Assembly (NCBI GenBank): GCA_965223845.1
Contig: CBDCXR010000004.1
Span: 6,880,001 to 6,944,000 of the forward strand
Length of the DNA stretch: 64,000 nt
Direction: 5' to 3'
From: Planctomycetota bacterium
Lineage (GTDB): Bacteria > Planctomycetota > UBA8108 > SXIK01
Position numbers and translations under genes: made by a program. The notes below the pieces were generated by a model, which was not told the DNA's origin, ran no database searches, and was given only the letters and a program-made list of their open reading frames with translations. Position 1 is the first letter of the stretch, and every line of letters begins with the position of its first letter. Below are positions 56,258-64,000 of the stretch, piece after piece.

Positions 56258-59200
56258 TCACTCGAGCCCACACACCTCGTCATCCGCCGTAGGATCGACC
56301 CCGAAGCTCACGGGACTCGAAGGCGGCAGCGGCGGAGGTCCGTCCTCGAAGATGAATTCGAGGATGTACACGGAGTCCGCGATGTCGATCTCTCCCGAGT
56401 CGTCCGCGTCCGCCGCGTCGCGGCACGGCGGCTCGGTGCCGTCTCCGAAGAGGTAGAGGAGCCCGGCGATCGCGTCGGAGATGTCGAAGCTCCGATCATT
56501 GTTCACGTCCCCACGGTCGAAGCCGTAGATGTAGCCGATCGGCGCGATATCGAACCCGAGTGAGTTCTCGACTCGGACGTCGATCTCCCGCTGAGTATCG
56601 ATCTGCGGCGCGAGGACCGTGACCGTACCCGCGCCCGCGTCGAAGTCTTGAATCTCCACCTCGACATCGTCGAATCCGACCCACACGTCGGAGACCGCCG
56701 CGCCGAGGTTATCGACCGTGATCACGACGGACTGTTCTTCGTCCCACGGCCCTGAGCTCGGGTCGATCGAGGTGATGCGCGGCGCGGCGGGAAGGCCGGA
56801 GTCGACGACCACCAGTCGCTTCGCGCTGCGATCGATCACGGCGACGGAACCGCCGGGAATGTACGCGAAGTCGGCGATGTCGTCCGAGCCCAACCCGCCG
56901 AGCGGTGTCGTCGCGCCGCCGTCTCCGAAGTCCGTGTCGAGCTTTCTGATCTCAGTGATCGTCGTCGTTCCCGGAGCCCCGACGCCGACGAGCAGCGTGT
57001 TGTCGACCGGGAATCGGGCGACTCCGATCGAGTGGTCGATCAGCATGCCGAGGTTGGCGCTCAGTGACTCGTCGACGTCCGGCGCGCCGTCCTCGATGCG
57101 AAATCCGATGAGGCACTCGACACCCGGTCCGCCGAGCGCGAAGAAAAGATCGTCGCGGATCGCGAGTCCACTGTAGCCCGCGGGATCGGGCGGCTCCGGG
57201 AGATCGATGAATGGCGCGGGGTCAGCGGCGCCGAGCCGGGCAAAGATCCGCCCATCCGCGAGGAGAAGGAAGAGGCGATTCGAATCGGCCGGGTCGACCG
57301 CCAGGCCGCGAACTTGCGTCGCGGCGAACGGATCATCCGGAAGAAGCGCGGCGTCGGCGAGATCGAGGTTCCCGTCGAAGAAGAGAAGCTCGCCGCCGCT
57401 CAGCGCGACGATGATCTCGCCCGTAGCCTCGCGAAACGCGACCGCGTCGGGCGCGATATCGAGCGGCGTCTCGTCTTCGATCGCACCTTCGCCGATCGAT
57501 ACCTGGCTCTCCGATGGAAGTGAAAACGGTTCCTCGATCTCGTCTTCATCGAACTCGATCCCGCCGGCGCCGCCGTCCGTCACGCCTTGGCCGATGACGC
57601 GATAGGTGTGAGTGCCGCCGGGAACGCCGGTGTCGCGGAATCCGCTCGGATTCTCGTCGAAGGGAAAGGGGCTCCCTCGAAGCTGCCGACCGTTCCGCAG
57701 AATGTAGAGCTGCCGGAACGCGATCGGGCTCGTCCAGCGAAGCTCGATCGTATCCCCGGCTGCGCGCGCGTCGAACGCGAGAACCGGGGGAAGGCGCTCC
57801 GCCGGTGGCGGATCGAGCGGATCGAACGGCGAGAAGACGGCGTTCGTTTCGGCGCCGTTCAAGATCCCGTCGCCGTCGCTGTCGAAGCGGCGCGCACTGA
57901 CGCTCGCCGCGGGGAACCCCGAGCCGTCGCCGTGGAGCTGATCGGCCAGAACGCGCGGTACGGCGAGGCGCACATCGAGTCTCTCCGCGGCCGGATCGAT
58001 GCGCGAAATCGCCGTCCCGCCCTCGAGGAGAGCGTGGACGCGTCCGCGTCCGTCGAACATGAGGTGCCCGGTGCGGTCGAGCGATCCGCCGTGAGCACGG
58101 CGGAGAAAGCGCGCGCCGGCAGGATCGAATCCGACGATGTCATCGCCGCTGATGACGAAGCTGTTCCCCACTCCGTCGATCGCGAGCCCATCGCCGCGAA
58201 TCGCGCGTCGCCAGACGATCCCGCCGGCGCGCGACAAGCGGACGAGCTCAGCCGAGCTGCGCGCGAAGAGATCGCCGCGCGGACCGGCCGCGATCTGGTC
58301 GACTTGCTCCGCGAATTCGCCGCCGATCCGAAACGTGAAGACGTGCTGCACCGAGAGGGTGCGCGTCAGCTTGCGCAGAGCGAACGTCGTCGTGTGATCG
58401 GTACCGAACCAGAGGCTCCCGAACGGATCGAGCGCGAGCGTCGCGCGCGCCGGCGTCGTTCGCAGCTGCAGTCGGCCGTCGACACCGGTCGCCGTGACTC
58501 GCGTGACCGCGCCGTCGTGAGCGACCCACGCAACACCGCGCGAGGCGGCGAGGTGGTGGAGCGTATTTAGGGGAAACGTCGCGAGCGGAGCTCGGTCGAC
58601 GAGGGAAAGGTCGCTCGCGCGGAGGCGCTGGACGGTGCCTTGAGAAAGCGCTACCCAGAGCACGTTCGACTCCTCGACGGCGAATGCCGCTTCCGTGCCG
58701 GCGGGAATCGCGAACGAGTTGTCGGTGACGTCGCCGTCGGGTGAGAGCTGGCGGAGGGCGCTCGCGTCGGCGAAGACGATTCCGTCCATCGGAGGCTCGA
58801 TCGCGGCTGCACCCGGAACGAGATCGACCTGGAAGATCTGCCTGACTCCTCCGGTCGGACCGGCGAGGTTCTCCGCCGCCGAAGCGAGCGCGGCCGACGT
58901 TCCATCGCGATTCAGTGACGCGTCCGTCGTCGCGGCGTCGCCGATTCCTCCCGGGATCCGCGCGAGGGGAGTCGTCGTCCCGAGAACACGGTCCCGGATG
59001 TAGACGTCGAAGGCGCCGTTCGTGTCGATGGCGTCGACCGCGATGTCGGTTGCGAACGCGACGAACCGCCCGTCCGCGGAGATGTCCCGGAGCGAAATCG
59101 TCCGCGCGGCGCGAGTCGCAGAAATCTCGCCGCCGTCCGAATCGACGCTCACCCGCTCGGTCGTTCCGGCGACGAGATCACGAACGAAGACGTCACCGAT

Positions 59201-60163
59201 TCCGTTCGTGTCCGCCGCGACCAGGTTCGACGCGTCGCTGTCGAACCCGACCCAGCGCCCGTCGTCGCTGATGCGTACATTCGTGCTCGCGCCGTTCCCT
59301 TCCGCGCCTCGGAGCCCCACGCTCACGCGCTCGACGACGCCGGTACCGCGGCGGTAGAGATAGATGTCCGAGGCGCCGTTGGTGTCGCCGGCGACGAAAC
59401 TGCTCACCGTCGACTGGAACGCGACGAGCTTCCCGTCTCCGCTGACGCGCGGCGCGGAGCTGTCGCCGTTCGGCTCCCGGCCCGCGCCGATCGGCGGAAC
59501 CTCGAACGCGTTTCCCCGGTCGAGCGTACGGGTGAGATCGCGGACGAAGATGCGCTGGCGCTTCGCGATCCCCTGGTCGGCGTCGAGATCGCTTGCGGCC
59601 GAGTCGAAGACGACGGTGGTTCCGTCCGCCGAGATCGCCGGCCGACTCGAGGCCGCGTCCGCCGCCGTCGCGTCGCCATCCGACTGACTGAGGAGGAACA
59701 ACACCGGTCCTGCTGCGCCGGTCGCGTCGCGGAGGAAGATGTCGCTCGAGCCGTTCGCATCGGTTCGCGGCGGCGCGAGATTGGTCGCCTGACTTTCGAA
59801 GACTAGGCGCGTGCCGGCGTCGTCGATCGACGCGTGAACGCTCGCGCGATTCCCCTTGGTCGCGCCCCGCGCGCTCGCGATTACGAGCGTCCCGCCTTCC
59901 GCGAGGAGAATGTCCGAGATCGCGTCGGCATCCGTGCGGAGGAGATTGGACGCGATCGTTTCGAAGGCGATCGTGTCACCGGCGGCGTCGACCGTCGGCC
60001 CGATCGACGCGCCATTGCCGAAGTTGCCGCCCGGGACACCGCTCACGAGCGAGTAGTTCTGGCCGATCGCGTCCGTTTGACCGAGCAGGACCGCGAGCGC
60101 GAGCGCCGAGGCGGCGATCGAGCGGCGAGTTCGAGTGGTTGCGGCGGAGCGGTGGAGCGGCAT
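56258..60163 (-). CDS. Large exported protein: TolB/PD40-like propeller, further propeller-like and FN3-like domains, IPT/TIG domain, dockerin-like tail
   Basis: Signal peptide; repeats of ISADG..VAF.S.ASNL..DTNG..DVFVRD; APRITSIDPSSGP (IPT); tail FDRGDVNNDRSFDISDAI..C.DAADADDSGEIDIADS..GVDPTADDEVC. Confidence 0.82.
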   Translation of the reverse strand: MPLHRSAATTRTRRSIAASALALAVLLGQTDAIGQNYSLVSGVPGGNFGNGASIGPTVDAAGDTIAFETIASNLLRTDADAISDILLAEGGTLVIASARGATKGNRASVHASIDDAGTRLVFESQATNLAPPRTDANGSSDIFLRDATGAAGPVLFLLSQSDGDATAADAASSRPAISADGTTVVFDSAASDLDADQGIAKRQRIFVRDLTRTLDRGNAFEVPPIGAGREPNGDSSAPRVSGDGKLVAFQSTVSSFVAGDTNGASDIYLYRRGTGVVERVSVGLRGAEGNGASTNVRISDDGRWVGFDSDASNLVAADTNGIGDVFVRDLVAGTTERVSVDSDGGEISATRAARTISLRDISADGRFVAFATDIAVDAIDTNGAFDVYIRDRVLGTTTPLARIPGGIGDAATTDASLNRDGTSAALASAAENLAGPTGGVRQIFQVDLVPGAAAIEPPMDGIVFADASALRQLSPDGDVTDNSFAIPAGTEAAFAVEESNVLWVALSQGTVQRLRASDLSLVDRAPLATFPLNTLHHLAASRGVAWVAHDGAVTRVTATGVDGRLQLRTTPARATLALDPFGSLWFGTDHTTTFALRKLTRTLSVQHVFTFRIGGEFAEQVDQIAAGPRGDLFARSSAELVRLSRAGGIVWRRAIRGDGLAIDGVGNSFVISGDDIVGFDPAGARFLRRAHGGSLDRTGHLMFDGRGRVHALLEGGTAISRIDPAAERLDVRLAVPRVLADQLHGDGSGFPAASVSARRFDSDGDGILNGAETNAVFSPFDPLDPPPAERLPPVLAFDARAAGDTIELRWTSPIAFRQLYILRNGRQLRGSPFPFDENPSGFRDTGVPGGTHTYRVIGQGVTDGGAGGIEFDEDEIEEPFSLPSESQVSIGEGAIEDETPLDIAPDAVAFREATGEIIVALSGGELLFFDGNLDLADAALLPDDPFAATQVRGLAVDPADSNRLFLLLADGRIFARLGAADPAPFIDLPEPPDPAGYSGLAIRDDLFFALGGPGVECLIGFRIEDGAPDVDESLSANLGMLIDHSIGVARFPVDNTLLVGVGAPGTTTITEIRKLDTDFGDGGATTPLGGLGSDDIADFAYIPGGSVAVIDRSAKRLVVVDSGLPAAPRITSIDPSSGPWDEEQSVVITVDNLGAAVSDVWVGFDDVEVEIQDFDAGAGTVTVLAPQIDTQREIDVRVENSLGFDIAPIGYIYGFDRGDVNNDRSFDISDAIAGLLYLFGDGTEPPCRDAADADDSGEIDIADSVYILEFIFEDGPPPLPPSSPVSFGVDPTADDEVCGLE

Positions 60164-60490
60164 GACGGCCTTTCGACGCGGGGAAGTCTCCATCGTACCG
60201 GCGATTGTACGTCGGGCTGCGCCCTTGCGGCAGGGCCGGGGACGGAAGGGGCACCGGTGCGGTCTTTGTTCGCGTGAGAGACGACGCGTGCACCCCGCGA
60301 GGTCTCTCTACCAGTCGGGGGAGATTCCCGCCGGGTCGGCTCACCGGGTCGTGGTGGTTCTTCTCGATTTCCCGCCCCCGCCTCGACGGCGCGGTTGATC
60401 CGAGCGCCGTGTGTCGTCAGAGTGAGTCGTTCGCGGCTTGGCGGGCGCATTCGCTCGCGCGCAAACGGACCGGTGAATGAGGAGACCGAA

Positions 60491-61696
60491 GTGAGCGAGA
60501 CCGAAGGCTTTTCCTTGGCGGCGGTTCAGGCGGCAGTTCAGGCGGCCGGGGTCGACGGTTGGCTCTCGTACGACTTTCGCGGGAGCGATCCCATCGCGCG
60601 GAAGATCCTCCGCCTCGAGGGCGGTCGGCCGTCGACCCGTCGCTGGTTCTACTACGTTCCGGCCGACGGGGAGCCCGTGCGCATCGTCCACGGCATCGAG
60701 CCCGCGAAGCTCGACTCCCTCCCCGGGCGGTCGGTTCCGTACGTGAGCTGGCCGTCGCTCGAAGATGCGCTCCGCAGCGCGCTCGCCGGGGCGTCGACGG
60801 TCGCCATGCAGTACTCCCCGCGCGGTGAGGTGCCGTACGTCTCGAAAGTCGACGCGGGTACGGTCGAGCTCGTGCGGTCGCTCGGCGTCGAGGTCGTCTC
60901 GAGCGCGGACCTCGTCCAGGAGTTCGACGCGACCCTCACGCCCGCGCAGCTCGAATCGCACCGGCGAACCGCCGCGGTGCTGCGCTCCCTCATCGATGAA
61001 GTCTTCGGACACGTGCGCGAACGCGTCGGTAGCGGCAGCCGGCTCACGGAGCGTGATCTCCAGCTTTTCCTCATGGGCCGGCTCGACGATCACGAGCTCT
61101 TCTACGATCACGAGCCGATCATCGCGGTCGACGAGAACGCGGCCGATCCGCATTTCGCCGTCCCCGAGGCGGATTCCGCGGAGATCCGCGATGGCCGTCT
61201 TCTCCTCGTCGACGTTTGGGCGAAGGAGAAGGCGCCGAAGAGTATCTACGCCGATATCAGCTGGACCGCATTCGTCGGCGCCGAGGTCCCCGAGGAAGTC
61301 GAGAAGGTCTTTCGCGCGGTGATCGCCGCGCGCGACGCGACGATCGCCCGCGCCCGCGAAGCGTTTCGTTCGGGAACGCCGGTACGGGGATTCGAGCTCG
61401 ACCGAGCGGCGCGCGAAGTGATCGACGCGGCGGGTTACGGCGAGTTCTTCATCCATCGAACGGGCCACTCGATCCACGAGGAAGGCCACGGTAACGGCGC
61501 GAATCTCGACGATCTCGAGACGCACGACACGCGTCGGATGATGCCCCGGACGCTGTTCAGCGTCGAACCGGGCATCTATCTCCCGGGCCGCTTCGGGATC
61601 CGGAGTGAGGTCGATGTCTACCACACCGGGAGCGACGCCGAGGTGACGGGCCCCCCGCACCAGACCGAAATCGAGGCCTTGCTCGCCGGGGCCTGA
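60491..61696 (+). CDS. Xaa-Pro aminopeptidase (M24 family)
   Basis: GAGGAG RBS plus GTG; AADPH, LVD..YADISWT, HRTGHSI, FSVEPGIY, GIRSE. Confidence 0.92.
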   Translation: MSETEGFSLAAVQAAVQAAGVDGWLSYDFRGSDPIARKILRLEGGRPSTRRWFYYVPADGEPVRIVHGIEPAKLDSLPGRSVPYVSWPSLEDALRSALAGASTVAMQYSPRGEVPYVSKVDAGTVELVRSLGVEVVSSADLVQEFDATLTPAQLESHRRTAAVLRSLIDEVFGHVRERVGSGSRLTERDLQLFLMGRLDDHELFYDHEPIIAVDENAADPHFAVPEADSAEIRDGRLLLVDVWAKEKAPKSIYADISWTAFVGAEVPEEVEKVFRAVIAARDATIARAREAFRSGTPVRGFELDRAAREVIDAAGYGEFFIHRTGHSIHEEGHGNGANLDDLETHDTRRMMPRTLFSVEPGIYLPGRFGIRSEVDVYHTGSDAEVTGPPHQTEIEALLAGA

Positions 61697-61912
61697 GACC
61701 GTGGCCGCGGGATGCGAGCCGGGAACTGCGGGGCACGAATCCGGCCGCGCGTCGGCCGGCCGTTCGGGCGGGAGGGCGGCCTTTCAGCGGCGACCGTGGG
61801 GCCCGAGTCCCTGACCGTGTCCGTCGACCGGCCAATCCCGCCCTAAGAAACCGGCGCCCGGCACCGTCTCGAAGGGTGGACAGTCGTTCAATCCCAGCTG
61901 GAAACGACCTCA

Positions 61913-62449
61913 GTGACCGATCGAGAGCTCCTGGACCGCTACCGCGGCGGTGACATCTCGGCGTTCGACGCTCTGATGGCCCGCTTCGAGGGACCGCTCC
62001 TCCGCTTCGTGTCGCGTTACCGCGCACACGCCGCGCAGGATCTCGTCCAGGAGGTATTCCTCCGCCTCATCCGCGAATCGGATTCCGGCGGTCTCGCGGA
62101 GGTGAACAACCTCTCGGCCTGGCTATATCGGGTCGCTCGCAACCTTGCGATCGACGACGCGCGGAAGGAGGAGCGCATGGAAGCGAGACATCAGTTCGCG
62201 GCGGCACCGGAGGCGCAGCCTGCGTCGTCGGTCTCCGTCGAAACGAAGGAGATCGCCGAAGTGGTGACCGAGAAGATCCTCGGTCTGCCGCAGAAGCAGC
62301 GCGATGTCCTGGTGCTCAAGCTCCAGGAAGAGCGGAGCTACAAGGAGATCAGCGCGATCACCGGGCTGACGGTCTCCAACGTCGGCTACCTCATCCACCA
62401 GGGGCTGAAAGGACTCGCCGGAGAACTCAAGCGAGCGGGCGTCGTTTGA
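61913..62449 (+). CDS. ECF RNA polymerase sigma factor (RpoE/SigW-like)
   Basis: AQDLVQEVFLRL, SAWLYRVARNLAID, LPQKQRDVLVLK..SYKEIS..G. Confidence 0.93.
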   Translation: MTDRELLDRYRGGDISAFDALMARFEGPLLRFVSRYRAHAAQDLVQEVFLRLIRESDSGGLAEVNNLSAWLYRVARNLAIDDARKEERMEARHQFAAAPEAQPASSVSVETKEIAEVVTEKILGLPQKQRDVLVLKLQEERSYKEISAITGLTVSNVGYLIHQGLKGLAGELKRAGVV

Positions 62450-62540
62450 TCGCCCGAAGCGGGCAGTTTGGCTTAGGACGAAACGAGCGACAACGAACTC
62501 GAGCCCGAAAGGGAGCGGCACCCCGAAAGGGAGAACTACG

Positions 62541-64000
62541 ATGACGACCGAACGAAACGAGCCGTCGGGCGACGAGCGCCCTGCGGACTGCGAACGCCTG
62601 AACGAGAACCTGAGCGCTTGGGTGCTCGGCGAGAGCGAGTTCCTCAGCTCCGAGGAGGCGAGCGAGATCGAGGCGCACGTCGCATCGTGCGATGCGTGTC
62701 GAGACGAGGTCGACCTTCTGCGCCGGACGGTGGCCGTCGTCGCCGCGACGGCTCCGGCGGACGGTGCGCTCGAGGGAAGCCGCCGGAGCGCGGTGTTGAC
62801 CGACGCGGCCAAAGCTGTCAGCGCTGCGGCGGGAACTCCGCCGGGAGGACCCGGCAGTGTCATTCTCTGGCGATTGAGTCTTCTCGCGGCTGCCGCCGTG
62901 CTGGTCGGCTGTCTCGTCCCGTTCCTCGCTCCCGAGGAAGGAGGCGACGACGCAATCGAGTCGGGAATCTCGCTGTCGGCGAACGCGAAGCGCGACGCGG
63001 CGAACGTCGAGGTCGACGTCGACGCGGCGCCGCCGGAGCTGGCGGTCGCGACCGCGCGACCGGCGGCGACGGATGAAGAGCGCCGGGCCGCGAACTTCGA
63101 AGAAGAGAGCGAATCGATCGCGGGGCCGAGCAGCGGCGGCGTTGCGGCTCGCCCTGAGCGCAGCTCCCGCGTCCGGGCGAGGGGCACCAGTGCGCTCGTC
63201 GCAGAGTCCGGCTCGGAAGCCAATCAGCTCGCCGATCGTACTCTGGCGGCGCGTGGCGGCCTCGCCCCGGCCGATGCCGGGGAGACGCAGCTCAGCGAAG
63301 AGTCCGTATTTCGCGACTATGCGGGAGCGGAGCTCGTGCTCGAGGGCGCCGTTCCCACGAATGACGACGGAGCGGGCGCATCCTCCGCTCGGCCGGGATT
63401 CGGGGCCGCGACACCGACGCCGGACGCGGCGAGTGCGGGGGGAGGGATCGCGGGCTCGGGACGCGATCCGAACAAGGCCCTCAAGCTCTCCGAGTCGGTC
63501 GAACTCTACAAGACCGTCATCGATCAGTCGGTGGATGCGTCGACGCTCGCTCGGTCTCCCGAGCGCGGTGAAGAACTGGCGAGGCTCGCGGGAATCGAGG
63601 CGAATCGAGGCGCCTACCGGCGAGCGAACGAGGCCGCACGCGAATCCGTCGAGAATCTCCACAGGCTCGATGGCAAGCAGGCTCCGCGTTTTTCCTCGAA
63701 GTGGGCGGCCGACAGGCGAGCGCTGATGGGCGATCGAGAGGTGGAGCTCGCCAAAGCGGAGCTCGAGACGAAAACTCGGCTCTTCCTCCACACAAACGGG
63801 AAGGCCTCGCGGGAGGAAGCGGACTCCGGTGTGGTGAGCGATAAGGATTTCTATTATGCGCTCGCGACGGGGTCTCCGCAGCCAGAGGCCGAGCGTGCGA
63901 GAAAGAGAGCGAAGTCTGCCTCGAAGAAGCGGAACGCTGAGCAGCTCGCCGGTGAACCGGAGTTCGCGGGGAGGCAGAAGTCGATCACCTCTCTCAATTC
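62541..64000 (+). CDS. Zinc-finger (zf-HC2/ZAS) anti-sigma factor with TM and long extracytoplasmic extension; truncated at window edge
   Basis: GGGAG RBS plus ATG 62541; C..L..LSAW..HVASCDAC (HxxxCxxC); TM LSLLAAAAVLVGCLVPFLA; frame is open where checked, including the last 200 bp. Confidence 0.8.
   Translation, partial: MTTERNEPSGDERPADCERLNENLSAWVLGESEFLSSEEASEIEAHVASCDACRDEVDLLRRTVAVVAATAPADGALEGSRRSAVLTDAAKAVSAAAGTPPGGPGSVILWRLSLLAAAAVLVGCLVPFLAPEEGGDDAIESGISLSANAKRDAANVEVDVDAAPPELAVATARPAATDEERRAANFEEESESIAGPSSGGVAARPERSSRVRARGTSALVAESGSEANQLADRTLAARGGLAPADAGETQLSEESVFRDYAGAELVLEGAVPTNDDGAGASSARPGFGAATPTPDAASAGGGIAGSGRDPNKALKLSESVELYKTVIDQSVDASTLARSPERGEELARLAGIEANRGAYRRANEAARESVENLHRLDGKQAPRFSSKWAADRRALMGDREVELAKAELETKTRLFLHTNGKASREEADSGVVSDKDFYYALATGSPQPEAERARKRAKSASKKRNAEQLAGEPEFAGRQKSITSLN

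Noticed and set aside
9347-60163. Cellulosome
   Set aside because: Dockerin-like tails are present, but no cohesin/scaffoldin or glycoside hydrolase passengers are visible.
61844-61870. Autoregulatory ECF promoter (TAAG/GAAAC ... CGTC) upstream of the sigma gene
   Set aside because: Plausible, but the motif is too short and the spacing too ambiguous to support without the group consensus.

Overview
This is a high-GC bacterial window. The gene content points to an uncultured Planctomycetota lineage (inference): a DUF1552/DUF1592 cytochrome pair, an ECF sigma factor fused to a long exported repeat array, a Ser/Thr kinase-ECF pair, and dockerin-like C-terminal tails. About 35 CDS are supportable. 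They include a ribose-type sugar ABC transporter, a GT2, a GspF/PilC-like protein, a NUDIX-MBL fusion, a CotH/lamin-tail protein, ribBA, metG, an M24 peptidase and three ECF sigma factors. There is also a cobalamin riboswitch and two copies of a REP/MITE-like inverted repeat. No CRISPR array, tRNA/rRNA or transposase was seen. Main candidates for new biology: (1) a BstA-BstB-BstC-like cassette (MMPL/RND transporter, periplasmic binding protein, TPR lipoprotein) facing a squalene-hopene cyclase with a DxDD motif, i.e. a candidate trans-envelope hopanoid trafficking system, next to YdbH/YnbE-YdbL lipid-bridge genes; (2) a perfect Shine-Dalgarno plus in-frame ATG inside the ECF-fusion gene, which could yield a sigma-less exported isoform; (3) a B12 riboswitch with an extra inserted hairpin upstream of an unknown propeller-like protein; (4) a shared dockerin-like, Cys-ended C-terminal tag on three unrelated exported proteins. 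All family calls come from motif recognition by eye, without database searches.
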